The translations under genes and the position numbers were made by a program. From positions 75,454,001 through 75,518,000 of the forward strand of contig OX597817.1 in assembly GCA_951406725.2 (NCBI GenBank): a stretch of 64,000 nucleotides of DNA, written 5' to 3'. Within the stretch, counting starts at the first letter, position 1; every line of letters begins with the position of its first letter. Shown one piece after another: positions 1 to 13,176 of the stretch. The notes under the pieces are model-generated. The model made no database searches. It saw only the letters and a program-made list of their open reading frames with translations, and was not told where the DNA came from. The stretch is from Octopus vulgaris (lineage: Eukaryota).

Positions 1-1310
1 CTGGAAGTCCCATTTCGAGAGCCTACTTAACGACCACTCACGCACTCCAGACAATCTCCTCGAAAACACCCCACAGCTCTCCATCCACTGTTGGATGTTT
101 CTGTCGCCTTCGCCCCATAAATTCAACTAGGCATTCGAGCGCATGAAGCCAGGTAAAGTTCCAAAACCAGACAACATCCCTTTTGAGTTTTTCACGCACG
201 GAAGTCTTGAGCTGAGAAAACATCTGACGTTCTTTATCCTCAAGATCTGGGAAATCAAGACCCTACCGATCGACTTCCGCGATTCAACTCTCATCACCAT
301 ATACGAGAAGGGAGACCGAGAGGACTGCAACAACTATCGGGCATCTCACTCATGAGTATTGCAAACAAGATCTTCGCCCGTATCCTATACAATCTCCTCC
401 TTATCCTCTCGGAAGACGTCCTCCCTGAATCTCTGTGGATTTCCACCCACTCGAGGCACAATCGACATGATCTTTTGTGCCCGCCAACTTTAGGAGAAGT
501 GTCAAAAACAACAACAGCCTGCAATGTTCATCTTCTAGGATCTAAAGAAAGCCTTTGATAAGGTCCTCGTCCTTGCTCGGTTTGGATGTTCGGAGGACTT
601 CATTGCCCTGGTCTGCTCCCTTCACGACCTGCACCAGGCCAGAACAGTCCACCTACTAACATGAATATCAACGGCCAACCCCTAGAAGAAGTTGAATACT
701 TCTCATACCTAGTGAGTATTCTTTCGAAGACCACACCACCTGTGAAAAGACTTGGAGAACCGGATCAGGGCGGTCCACTCCGCCTTCGGTAGACTCAACC
801 AACGTGTATTATTCAATCACGCACTGACCACCCGGATCATTGTCTTCCGTGCTATTGCCCTGTCAACTTTTCTTGGACGCTGTCAAGCGTCAAAGCCACC
901 ATTCTTCGCCATCATGCTCTACGCAGAATTTGTAATTGGAACAAAACCAAGAGAAGGCTCGAAATTCCATTTTAAAGACCAGCTCAAACGGACCCTGACT
1001 CAAAATAACATCCAGCCATCCTCATGGGAACAGATTGCTATGGATGGGACAGCCAGGAGGAATGCTATCCGCAATGGAGCCACCTCCTTCGAGCAGAGCA
1101 GACAACAGAATGAGGAGGTAAAACGCAGGAGAAGAAAGGAGCGTCTTCAACATCTCCGACCCGCACAGACCATCCTTTGCGAATTCTGCCTACGACTCTT
1201 TCACCACTGACTTGAACTCAAAAGTCACATTTGGTACAAATATCTGCCGAAGAGACTGGACGGAGACTGACGAGCCCAATGCTCGGATACGAGCTGCAGC
1301 CAACGATGAT
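1..1310 (+). mobile_element. Decayed RTE-clade LINE (RT fragments, internal deletion, C-terminal Cys/His motif)
   Basis: Frameshifted RT-associated motifs PGKVPKPDNIPFEFF, DFRDSTLITIYEKGDREDCNNYR, IANKIFARIL, LPES, RGTIDMIF and KAFD. C-terminal region has FKDQLKRTL...SWEQIAMD and CEFC...H. Confidence 0.85.
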
Positions 1311-1494
1311 ATAATATGTACATATACTATACATATAATAAATGTATATATTTTATGTATGTAATATTATATATATATATATATATATAATATATATATA
1401 TATATATCAACAATAAGTAAGTCAACACTATGCAATCAATTTATCAATTTCAATTATACTATATATACATATACATGCATACAAACACACACAC

Positions 1495-1563
<69 letters not shown>

Positions 1564-1584
1564 CATTCATGTGTGTGTGTATAT

Positions 1585-2200
1585 ATAAATTCAAATGTTG
1601 TGATAGAAACAGCTCAATAATGTAATAATGTAAATATATTCAATATCAAATACTTATTTTATGTGTTTTGTTAAACGCTTGTAGATGCAGTATTATATCT
1701 GGAGGATATTCTATTCAACATGTTTAGTTTAAAAAAAACGCAGACTAATTCAAAGCTAGGCGAAACGAAACCACCCTGGAAGTGAACGGGAATGACAAAC
1801 ATCGATATCTCGCGTTTTTTCTGCTTACTGTTGCTGTATATTCACCCCGCTTCCGAAGCGAAATAAGATCTCCAGCTACAAGTATATAATAGTGTAAATT
1901 CTATTTGTCGATGAGCAATAGCGCCGCAGAACAAGGAGGACAAAATTCAAATTTTGTATTAGAAGCGACTCAATAATGTAAGCTCTATCAGTATCACATA
2001 CTTCATGTATGTGTATTGCTAAGCGCTGTATTATGTTTGGAAGAGATTCCTTTAAAGACGTATAACGTTAAAAACATAGTACATCTCAAAGACAGGCGAA
2101 TCGAAACCACCCCGATTGGATTTCGTTTCGGAAGTGAGTTGTGGATACGGCACTGATGAGCTAAAAAAAAATCTGCGAAATATCAATATTTGACGTATAT
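1585..2200. repeat. Two diverged ~355-bp tandem monomers carrying hammerhead motifs (retrozyme-like)
   Basis: AATTCAAAT..TGT...CTCAATAATGTA recurs at ~1589 and ~1944, and AGGCGAA.CGAAACCACCC recurs at ~1758 and ~2094. The hammerhead segment is forward in unit 2 and inverted in unit 1. Confidence 0.6.
2145..2198 (+). ncRNA. Type I hammerhead ribozyme motif, core intact
   Basis: ATACGGCA-CTGATGA-GC(N13)GC-GAAA-TATCAATA-T-T-TGACGTAT. Stem I has 7/8 bp; stem III is a near-palindrome of ATATCGATAT. Confidence 0.75.
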
Positions 2201-2211
2201 AATAATAATAA

Positions 2212-2405
2212 AGATGGACTCTCCCGTCGAAGATGACGTATGAGTGTTCAGCTTTTGAAGTGTGTACCACGCGTCAGGTGTCGAAATGATTGCAATGTGA
2301 GATGAAGTGTTTTGTTCAAGAACACAACGCACCACCTAGTCTTGGAATTGAAAGCACGCTCTAGCGAGCGTGAGTGCAATACCCTAACCACTAAGCCAAG
2401 TACTC
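2212..2405 (-). mobile_element. tRNA-derived SINE, family C, internally deleted
   Basis: Minus-strand head TTGGCTTAGTGGTTAGGG...TTCAATTCC and body GTGTTCTTGAACAAAACACTTC. Homologous to 38452-38745. Confidence 0.75.
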
Positions 2406-2410
2406 TCATC

Positions 2411-2496
<86 letters not shown>

Positions 2497-2572
2497 GTAT
2501 ATATATATTTAAGTATATATATATATATATGTATATTTAAGTGTGTATATATATATATATATATATATTTAA

Positions 2573-2615
<43 letters not shown>

Positions 2616-3705
2616 CATACATACATACATAAGCACACATATGTGTGTGTGTGTGTGTGTGTATAACATATATATATATATATATATTACAATTAATATG
2701 ATAAAGCTGATACAAGGAATTTTGTTTTATAAATTTAGTACTGCTAATATGTAGAAAAACAAGAGATATGCAAAATTAGTTCTATTAACTTTCGAAGTTC
2801 AGAAATTGTCACGTTTGTCACTAGAGAGAAAAAGAGACAAAGAGATATTGGCGTCTTATACTGGTTAATAGAAAATGAAAACATTCGTCTGTCTCTGTAA
2901 ATTGCTATTGAAGATTAAGCGGATTTACAAGTGTCATTTTCTTAATAAGACGGCAAAACAAGTATTGAATCTTCTATTCTCTTGATAGCGAAATATCCAC
3001 AGCCACAAAATAGTTACTATTTGAAATTTTTTGACAGCTTCTAATTCCTCTGTTATTTTTTCATTTAAATATACTCCAAGTCAAGAGCAATATTTGTTAA
3101 GTTCTGTATATTCCATTCCGCATACCTTTATTATATTTTCTTCAGTCAATATTTGAGTACATTTTGTTGCTTGTCCGTCTGTATACCTGGCCATCTCTAT
3201 ACTTCAGTATTTTCATCTGTTTATCTCTATATGCTAACTGTCTTCTGACAATACCAAACCACACAATATCACATCGTCGCCAACGAATAAGCAGCCAGAA
3301 GCAATTGTTATTCGTGTTTCATCATAACTATGAAATGAAGTTTGATCGAACAGCATTCTCATGTGGGACACTAAAGAAAATCATCATCATCATCATCATC
3401 ATTTAACTTTCCGAGTTATTTTCTCACTTTTCTTTTTAGAAGCTTTTATCAAAATTAGTATATATATATATGCCAATTACTAGAGTGCTGTTTCCACTTT
3501 GGCAATCAGTCTTGGAACAGATCATACGCTTTGTATTTTTAGTCACTCATCTGAAACAAATGTTTCCATACATTTCCAAAATAGCCATTTATTAAACGAG
3601 CAAGTAAGTAAAAAAAAACATATGTATATACATATATATACTCATATATATAGGTTTATACATACATATATATACACATATATACTTATATATATATAAA
3701 AGTAT

Positions 3706-3743
<38 letters not shown>

Positions 3744-4303
3744 TCATGCATGTGAATATGTTTGTGTGTATATATATAAAGGTATATATACATGTATATA
3801 TGTATATATATATATATATATATAAATGTATGTATACATGTGTATATATATGTATATGTGTATGTGTATATATATATGTATATGTGTATATATATATGTA
3901 TATATATGTATATGTGTGTATATATATATATATGTATATATATATATGTACACGTGTATATATATATATATATGTATATGTGTATATATATGTCTATATA
4001 TATATGTATATGTATGTATATATATATGTTTATATATTTATGTGTGTGTGTGTGAATGTGAGTGTATTAATATGTAACACTTATGTATATCCATGTATCT
4101 ATCGCCTTTTCTCGCTTTCTCTCATTAACTATATGTCTACATAAATTCGTTTTTGATTTGACTTATAAATTTCATTATTTTCACCGCCCATTTGTCTGAT
4201 GGCAAAATTAATAGGAGTTTGTTAAGAACTAAAGGAAAAGAAAGGAGAGAGAGTGAGAGAGAGGGAGGGTGGAGTGGAAGAGGAAGAGAGAGAATGAGAA
4301 GGT

Positions 4304-4369
<66 letters not shown>

Positions 4370-4734
4370 TTAACGCAAACACTCATACATACAGAAAGAA
4401 GATAAAATAATAATATTGGTAAAATAGGATTGTCTAGAATATTGTTTTTATGAGTAACGATTCTTTAAATATGGTAAAGGTTTTCAAAATTTCTTTTAGA
4501 TCTGCTATGATGCTCATTTGATATTTGTGAATCATAGTCCTAATTTCATTCTTTGAGAAACCAAATTCAATCACACTTTCTTGCTGACAAGTTAGTATAT
4601 ACACGTGGAGTCCTTGGTGGCAGTTATTTCGAGAGATATCTAATTACTTGTAGATAAATCCTAAATCAAAGCAGGCTGATAAGTTCGAGTTCTAAATTAA
4701 AAAATAACAAAGAATAAGCACAGAGTATACATAT

Positions 4735-4892
4735 AAGCGCATGCATGGTTGTGAAGTAAGTAGTTTGCTTCCTAAAGACATGGTTCCGGCTTCAATGGCA
4801 CCGCGTGGCACCTTGGGCAAGTGTCTTCTACTATATCCTCGGGCCGACCAAAGTTTTGTGTGTAGATATGGGAGACTGAAACTGAAAGAAGT

Positions 4893-4895
<3 letters not shown>
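4735..4895 (+). mobile_element. SINE family A, 5' half
   Basis: CGTGGCACCTTGGGCAAGTGTCTTCTACTATA is shared with the copies at 16148 and 35425. Confidence 0.75.
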
Positions 4896-4960
<65 letters not shown>

Positions 4961-4974
4961 TGTATATTTTTCAA

Positions 4975-6780
4975 TGTGTACGAATAACAAGGAAAATATA
5001 GTTACCAGGGTAGCAAAAATTCACATAAGTGCTAAAGATATTACAGCTTACTTATAAAGGTAGAAATTCTAGGGTTAAGTGAAATGTATTCGTATAACAT
5101 CGATAAATTAAGAAATGGAGTCAAACGCATGTGTTATTCAAATCATTTATACTTTCAACTTAGGTTTCGAAAAAAAGCACTCAGATAATTCCAGAGAGAA
5201 TAAAAATGATGTAAAACAATGAAATCATCTCATCAGGGGAAAAAAAGGAACAAAACACACCAATAAGCCATTTTAGCCTAAGTTATTTAAAAAAAAACAG
5301 TTAATAGATTTAACGTCAAAGGTAAATTACAGAAAGAGAAGGAGGGGAAAGAAATAAATTAACAGAAAATTAAGAGTGGAAAAATATAATGTAATAGATG
5401 AATGGGAATATAGTCTAAAATCGTGGAAATAGATATATGTAGTGGAAATAAAATGTAAAGAGACAGTTAAAGGTCGAATTTTATAGATTGGTAGAAATTA
5501 CTTATAGGAACTAAAGATATGTTTTTGCTAATGTTTACAACGATAAACGCGTTCTTTAAAGTGTTTACAACAGTATTCTTCGAGAAAAGGATGAAAAATA
5601 GCTCTTCATTACAGAGCGCACAAAAAGATTTACCTTTGTCATATGGGAAAGATCTAGATAGAATTTTCCATTCTAAAACGTATTGTTTATTATGTTCCTT
5701 TAGAGACGAAATTAATTTACCAAGCCCAGTATTGTTGCGTTTATTGATATGTCTAGAATAATGGTTAGATATTCTTTTCGACAACTGAGATGAAGAGCTA
5801 CCTATATAAAAAAAAGATATCAGAACCGCAAATAAGTTTACACTGATAAACAGAGTTTCTAGTCTTAGAATTACTTTTAAGGAAACGAATTCGATTCGAA
5901 TTTATATGAGAAATATTAATATTGTTGTTATTATTGTTCAAAGAATGGTTAGCGTTAATAACATCACTGTTATTATTTTCATTAAGTGGATTTGTATTTA
6001 ACAACTTATGGTTGTGTGAAGAAATGATTTGCGAAAGACTTTTGGTGTTTGAAAAACCTATCCTAAGTCGGTGTGAATTGATAATGGAATGGTTTTGGAA
6101 AATTCTTATCTATAACTTCACGAAACAGATAAGGGAGTTTGGATTTGATCTACTTATCAAGTGGAATGATCAACCAAATTGTTTTACGAGAACTCACCTC
6201 GTTATTTGGGTAATTATCTTTAAAAATCCTAGACTTATTGTTATTATTCGAACTAAATTTTATATTGTTACTACCGTTATGGTGTGTTTTCGTGTCCTAA
6301 TTAATAGAGACAGAATTAATGTCAATAGGGTTAATATACGTAATATTTTCTTTATAGCCTGCTTTAAGTAAGACAGAGTTATAAAATTCGGTTTTATCGT
6401 TAAAGATATCAACATTAGCAGATAATCTAGAAAGAAAAAGAAATTAACAGAAAATTAAGAGTGGAAAAATATGTGATAGATGAATGGGAATAAAGTCTAA
6501 AAGCGTGAAAATAGATATATGTAGTGGAAATAAAATGTAAAGAGAAATATTTCTAAGTTTCTTGTAATAGTCTTTGGATGATTACTGAAAAAGCTAATAT
6601 ATTTAAAATAGGTTTTATGGTATGGGAAATATGAATCGGTATATAAGTTGGCTTTTGTTATTTCATCATCGAAAATAACGTTTAAGCCGATGTTTCTGAA
6701 AAAATTTTTAATCAACCTATTTTTAATCCTTTGTATTCTAGACACTGTAGAATGCCACACGACAACGCTCAACTGCACAT
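4975..6780 (-). mobile_element. Decayed Penelope-like element: RT C-terminus, GIY-YIG endonuclease and 3' region with a hammerhead remnant
   Basis: YFPYHK..KYISFFSNHPKTITRNL, SRLSANVDIFN, RIGFSNTKSLSQIISSHN, SVYQC...YIG (frameshifted), KRISNHYS and LEWKILSRSFPYDKGKSFCALCNEE. A CTGATGA...CGAAAC motif lies downstream at 5153-5240. Confidence 0.85.
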
Positions 6781-7140
6781 TTCCGGGATGACACTGTAGA
6801 AGCTCATAGACACGGGATACCAGACTTTACCATATCCTCCATATTCTCCCGATCTTTCACCCACCGAATACTACTTTTCAAGCATCTAGACACTTTTTAA
6901 GGCAAAAAACCCCCCCATCCGTTCCAAAGCCGAGGTCGAAACTGAATTCAAGGATTTCTTGGCATCAAAACTTTTAGATTTTTATCAAAGAGGCATAAAT
7001 GACCTTGTTAATCGATGGGAGAAATGCATAGCTGTTCAGTAATCATATTTTGAATAATTAAACTTTTGTATATAAGTTCTGTTTTTCAAAAATATAGGCT
7101 TATTTTTAAAATCAGCCATTATTTTACGAACAACTTAATA
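6781..7140 (+). mobile_element. Mariner transposase 3' fragment with right TIR
   Basis: LPYPPYSPDLSPTEY and FYQRGINDLVNRWEKCI. Ends in CGAACAACTTAATA. Confidence 0.85.
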
Positions 7141-7282
7141 CATGCTTGAAAGTTATTTATTCTAGCTATGAGTGACATTTGTAAATCTCATTATCTAGCC
7201 ACGTATATAAACAGACACATATAAATTTGCATATGGGCAGGAAGATCAATAAATGAGCACACAAGCGTATAGAAATATAGTT

Positions 7283-7885
<603 letters not shown>

Positions 7886-8493
7886 AATAATGTATATAGA
7901 GATATAATTATGAATTGGAATATAATGATTGATTTCAGCTGGTAGTTACGGAGAAAAAATTATGTATCTGAGTGGCAGAAGCTATTCGTTAAAAGTTGGA
8001 TTAATGACTAAAGTCAAACGGTGTCGCTCAGATATTCGCTGACACTAGTCACCCTGATCAAACTAGTACCCGAAAAATAAAATTTATTTGTCCTGATATT
8101 ATATATATGTAGATTAAAAATGAGGAGGGGGACGCGTTGAATCGTAACGAGGGAACGTTGAGAAAAATGTAAAAAAGGAGCGACAACTAAAATAAATTTG
8201 AGAAGCACTGATCAAGTTAGTTTTGTATTTTATTTTTCGTATACAACCGTTCATCAAGAAAACAAGAGAAATGTCCATAGAATTGTATTGTCCAATACTG
8301 TACCGCTGTTGCGATTTAGACAACATGAATGAAAACAATTATCTTGTAGAAAACTTAGTGTCTATGCTAAAATATAACAAATTGCATTTTGTTTGTTTTA
8401 CTATATATTTTTCTAAAAATTTTGTTTGTTTTTCTCTCCTCATTCAATCGCCACCATCCTTCTATCTCTTACTCATTCATTCTTAAATATCAG

Positions 8494-8680
8494 ATGGTAT
8501 GTCCGTCAGTTGCGAATATGTGAAGAAGCATTGCCGAACAACAATAGCAATGCATGAAAAACAACTGCCGGGAGAATTCTCAGTTGTCCAGAAAAATGGA
8601 ATGTCTCAGAAGATTTTTTTCCTGTATACAATGGATGCGAAAAATACATTGAGTTCGATGATGACATTCACAGCCTACAG
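8494..8680 (+). CDS. Candidate internal exon of an unknown gene
   Basis: Pyrimidine-rich acceptor ...TCTTAAATATCAG| and donor CAG|GTATGT. One frame is open throughout (GMSVSCEYVKKHC...TFTAYR). No family recognised. Confidence 0.3.
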
Positions 8681-8879
8681 GTATGTTTTTCACATATATC
8701 ATTAATTAAGGAGAATTTCTTTCTCGAGATAGTTTCCGTTGCGAAGGCCAGTCATTCTACATTTGAGTCGACACGAACGTTTTGAATATCATTGTATGCA
8801 CACATGCGTCTGTACACACACGCATACACACAAACATACGCACAGACACACACGTGTGTGTGTGCAGAATGGATGTGTT

Positions 8880-9015
8880 GTTGAGAAGTTTACATAACTG
8901 ACATCTTGTTTCGGATTCAATCTCGCTATCTGACACATTGCGCAAGTGTCTTCCACCATAGCTTCACCAATGCCTTGTGAATTTGGTAGATGGAAACTAC
9001 TTGGAAACTTGTCGT
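8880..9015 (+). mobile_element. SINE family A, diverged 5' fragment
   Basis: GCAAGTGTCTTCCACCATAGC...CCTTGTGAATTTGGTAGATGGAAACT. Confidence 0.6.
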
Positions 9016-9374
9016 GTGTATGTGTGTGTGTGTGTGTGTGCATGTATATATGTATGTATGTATATGTATATATATATATATATATATATAGTTGAGGTGT
9101 ATTCTGTTAAGAAGGTATAAGAGTACAAATAGACCTCGTGCACCCTTAGAATTCCCAAATAGCTGGTAGTTTTATTATGGTATGCTACCAATTCTAGTCC
9201 TAGGTATGCCACGTGTGTAAAAAGTAAAAAGTAAAAGAGTCAAAAGGAAGAGTAAGTAGGGTTAGGCAGCTTTTTAATCGATACAAATGTTTCGATACAT
9301 AGAGATCCTCGTAAGTTCAGTTTAAATTAAATTATTTCACGATTTACCTGTATAAGAAGATCTATATGTATCTC

Positions 9375-9428
<54 letters not shown>

Positions 9429-9532
9429 TATATGCATATATATTTATATATATATGTATATATGTATGTGTATGCATATATATATATGTATGTATATATA
9501 TATATATGTATGCATATATGTATATATGTATG

Positions 9533-9564
<32 letters not shown>

Positions 9565-10010
9565 CATATATATATATATATGTATGTATATATATATGTA
9601 TGTATATATATGTATATATATATGTATGTATATATATGTATATATATGTATATATATATCTATATATATATTTGTATATATTTATACCCTCACCACACAT
9701 ATATATATGTATGCTTATACAATATATGTATGCACATGTATATGTATAACTATCTATCTATCCATCTATCTATCTATCTATACATACATACATACATACA
9801 TACATACATACATACATACATACATACATACATACATACATGCATGCATACATACATACATAAATACGTACACATATGCGTGTGTGCGCGTGAGAGCGTA
9901 TTAGTGCTTGTAACTGACCATTAGATAACAGCTTTGGTTTATCAACGTCCCTGTAAATTAGCGGTTCGGCATAAAAGGCCGATAGAATAAGTATTCAGGT
10001 CAATGTTTTC

Positions 10011-10112
10011 AACTTTGTGATTTCTCTATTGATGTTCTCCTTTAGTTGCACCAGGGTCTCCGGTTTGTTGATGTAAACCCGCTCTTTCAGGTATCGCCAC
10101 AAGAAAAAACCG
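10011..10112 (-). mobile_element. Tc1/mariner transposase fragment, near-duplicate of 11494-11590
   Basis: Encodes FFLWRYLKERVYINKPETLVQLKENINREIT. Confidence 0.8.
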
Positions 10113-10801
10113 TGCTCCATTATAGCCGAAGTCTAATGATTGAAACAAGGAAATAAAGAATATGCATGTATGTTTTTATTCCTATGCATACAAAGACATT
10201 TATTTCTGCATTTATGCCAGATATCCTAGACGTAAATGCGATTTGGTAATGTTTGCATGAGTTAGAAGATTGGAAGTCAAAGTTTGATATCGAAAAATGT
10301 TCTAAGTAACTTTGAAATTTATACGTCAAACCAAATTTTTTTTTATCCATTAGTGACAATATTCTATATATATATTGATGAATCCGTGAAAGATTCTATT
10401 CGAACCTTCATATTGATCTTAATGTGCTTTTGTATGTTATCTAATGGGAACCTTCGTAAAAGTTCGTACAGAAGGGCAAAATAAGTTGAATGTCCATGGA
10501 ACATTTGCACGAACATATCGATTCTTTCTTTTTGTTGTAGAAACATTAACAAATCCAATTTTTGTATCGGGGACAGATTTGATAGGTTATTGTTGATGAT
10601 GTAACAGATGATATATGTAAGATTATCGGAGAAAAATATGGTATAAGATACATGCATATGTATGTACACACACACATTTATATATGTATATATATATATA
10701 TATATCACATAGATACATACGTATATATGTGTGTAAATATATAATACATACATATCTATATCTGTCTACCTACGTACGTTCGTACGTACGTACATACGTA
10801 C

Positions 10802-10868
<67 letters not shown>

Positions 10869-11242
10869 CAAATTACATACATATACATGTATATATACAC
10901 ACATATATGTATATATGTATTATATATATATATGTATGTATACACGTATGCATATGCATGTATGTGTATGTATATATCTATCTATCTGTCATATATATAT
11001 ATATAATATGAGGGAATGTTATTCCAAACTTACAGGGAAAAATTTAATTTAGAAATACTAAATAAATTTCACAAAATATAATATATATATATATATATAT
11101 ATAAATTAGAAAAAAACCCACCTTTTATCAATTCAATAATGAAAAATTAAATTATACCATCTAGAAAATTGCATATTATAGAAAAAACATATAACATATT
11201 ATAAACATATTATAGATAAAACATATAACGATGATTAAGTGA

Positions 11243-11772
11243 TACAGACTGTCCCAAACATCACTGATGGGTTTCAGTTTTTAATAACTTCCTTAGAATT
11301 ACAAATAAATGCATGAAATTTTGATACAATATAAAGGACATAATGGAAATTAATATGTACAAGTCAAATTTTGCAACACCACTACATAACATATAAAAAA
11401 TTACATCGCTTAAATGGCAGCCATTTTCGGCTTCGCACGCTTGTGCTCTTTCCAAAACTTGCACCATAACACCCTCAAGAGTTTCAGACCCCACTTCTGT
11501 GATTTCTCTATTGATGTTCTCCTTTAGTTGCACCAGGGTCTCCGGTTTGTTGACGTAAACCCTCTCTTTCAGGTATTCCCACAAGAAAAAAATCCAGACT
11601 AGTCAAATTTGGGAACCGTGAAGGCCAGTTGACATTGCCATAGCGGGAGATTATTCTCTCTCCAAAGTACTGCCGTAGCAACTGCATTTTTTCTTTTGTG
11701 GTATGAGCAGTTGCCCCATCTTGCTAGAACCATGTCTGAGGTCTACTTTGAATGGCCTTCACGTTCCCCAGA
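11243..11772 (-). mobile_element. Tc1/mariner-superfamily 3' half with terminal repeat
   Basis: QDGATAHT, WPSRFPNLTSLDFFLWEYLKERVYVNKPETLVQLKENI and RAQACEAENGCH. Terminus TACAGACTGTCCCAAA. Confidence 0.85.
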
Positions 11773-11804
11773 CTATATATATATATATCTTATATATTAT
11801 TAAT

Positions 11805-11928
<124 letters not shown>

Positions 11929-11929
11929 T

Positions 11930-12275
11930 ATAAATATGGATAAGATCGTTAATTTAAATTAAATAACGATCTTATCAAGTGGCCAGCATAGAAATAAAAA
12001 CCTTGAAAGGTAATTATTATTGAAATCATGATTTAGGGTATCTACGAGATACCGCCATGCTGAAAATAGCAGCCAAGATCTGACTCTAAAACCACATTAA
12101 ATGCTCATATAGTACAAGGAGAGAAGACAAAAAGGCAAAATAAAACTAGTAAAAAATTACTGGATAATTCCAGATCCCGGATTTCTGACTTTGCATTTAG
12201 AAATGCTTTGCCTCATCAGTGGAATATACGCAAAGAGTAACATAAATACATACATACATACATACATACATACAT

Positions 12276-12354
<79 letters not shown>

Positions 12355-12898
12355 TACAACATACGAATACTTACGTACACGAACGTATACATACATATAT
12401 ATATATATATGCACTTATGCAACATGACCAGTTTAAAATGCCCGCTTCTTAATTCCTTGTGCGATATGGTTAAAACATCATCGCAGTAAATACAGTGACG
12501 AAATAAATTTAAATTTATATAAATAAGGATAAGATCGTTAATTTAAATTAAATAACGATCTCATCACGTGGCCAGCATGGAAATAAAAACCTTCAAAGGT
12601 AATAATTATTATTAAAATTATAATTTAGGATATCTAAGAGATACCGCCAAGATGAAGATAGCAGCCAGGATCTGACTCTAAAACTCTAAAACATTAAATG
12701 TTCATATAGCACAAGGAGAGAAGACAAAAAGGCAAATGATGACTGATGTGGCAAAGCATTACTAAATGCAAAGTCAGAAATCCGTGACCTGGAATTATCC
12801 AGTAATTTTTTACTAGTTTTATTTTACCTTTTTGTCTTTTCTCCTTGTGCTATAAGAACATTTAATGTGGTTTTAGAGTCAGATCCTTGCTGCTATTT
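11930..12898. mobile_element. Tandem plus inverted hammerhead-bearing repeat (PLE pseudo-LTR or retrozyme-like)
   Basis: 11930-12140 is repeated at 12519-12737. 12743-12898 is the reverse complement of ~12065-12219. Confidence 0.8.
12167..12225 (-). ncRNA. Type I hammerhead ribozyme motif, core intact
   Basis: ATTCCA-CTGATGA-GGCaaaGCATTTctAAATGCaaaGTCa-GAAA-TCCGGGA-T-C-TGGAAT. Stem I has 6/6 bp; cleavage triplet AUC. Confidence 0.85.
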
Positions 12899-12914
12899 AT
12901 ATACAGCACGGATT

Positions 12915-12965
12915 TTTGTCAGTGAACAGGTCGCGGTCTTATAGCGTCGAAAATATTTTGACAAA
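12915..12965 (+). ncRNA. Type I hammerhead motif with G3-C8 core covariation
   Basis: TTTGTCA-GTGAACA-G-GTCGC(N9)GCGTC-GAAA-ATAT-T-T-TGACAAA. Stem I has 7/7 bp; stem III is the palindrome AATATT. Confidence 0.7.
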
Positions 12966-13103
12966 TTAAACTTAAATGTTGAAGTGAATCGAACGGCTTT
13001 TGTGTGTTTCTTAAATGGCTTACAAACACCTTCCACGCTGCAATCGTTTTCGTTCCAGCACACGATCTCAGATCAAATCACTTGCTATGTAAGTACATCT
13101 CCG

Positions 13104-13176
<73 letters not shown>

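Noticed and set aside
5467-6400. Selenocysteine-type in-frame UGA in the PLE, as known for some Naiad elements
   Set aside because: No UGA was seen at the recognisable Cys positions, and the copy is too decayed to assess a SECIS.
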